Shown here one piece after another: positions 63,824 through 64,000 of a DNA stretch of 64,000 nucleotides. A program made the translations under genes and the position numbers. A model generated the notes under the pieces. That model was not told the origin of the DNA. It saw only the letters and a program-made list of their open reading frames with translations, and did no database searches. Position 1 is the first letter of the stretch, and each line of letters starts with the position of its first letter. The DNA is from Octopus vulgaris (lineage: Eukaryota): assembly GCA_951406725.2 (NCBI GenBank), contig OX597814.1, positions 166,160,001-166,224,000 on the forward strand. Reading direction: 5' to 3'.

Positions 63824-64000
63824 TATATACACACATACATACACAAAAATATATATAGGTGCATTGCTTTTCATTTATGACATGACCAGTTTGATCCCCC
63901 TTCAATCTTGGGCAAATTTTGTTCTCTAACCTCAGGTTCATTCATACCATGTGAGTGAAATTGGGAAGTTGGGAACTGGACAGAATCTTATTGGATGATA

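Overview
AT-rich, repeat-dense eukaryotic DNA. The SINE/LINE families and microsatellite style point to an octopod cephalopod (Octopus-like); this is an inference from recalled families. Almost all listed ORFs are microsatellite or transposon noise. The host-gene signal centres on a CpG-retaining island near 17.3 kb that looks like a compact bidirectional promoter. Rightward lies coding exon 1 of an ArfGAP gene, most like ADAP1/centaurin-alpha; I could not find its exon 2 in the remaining ~46 kb. Leftward lies an unidentified gene with a probable exon 1 (17312-17247/17252) and a well-bounded 163-nt exon 2 (14081-13919) that is open in two frames. The rest is a layered TE record: a complete non-autonomous Helitron; several Penelope-like remnants, one with a near-canonical hammerhead ribozyme plus long fold-back hairpins; a DD36E Tc1-type element nested in a mariner; DD37D/maT, Chapaev3-like, hAT and piggyBac-type elements; RTE and R4/Dong LINE pieces; an internally deleted Ty3/Gypsy element with LTRs, PBS, PPT and TSD; and many tRNA-derived SINEs. 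No rRNA, true tRNA or CRISPR array was seen. I found no clearly new biological system. All family assignments are by eye and need database confirmation.
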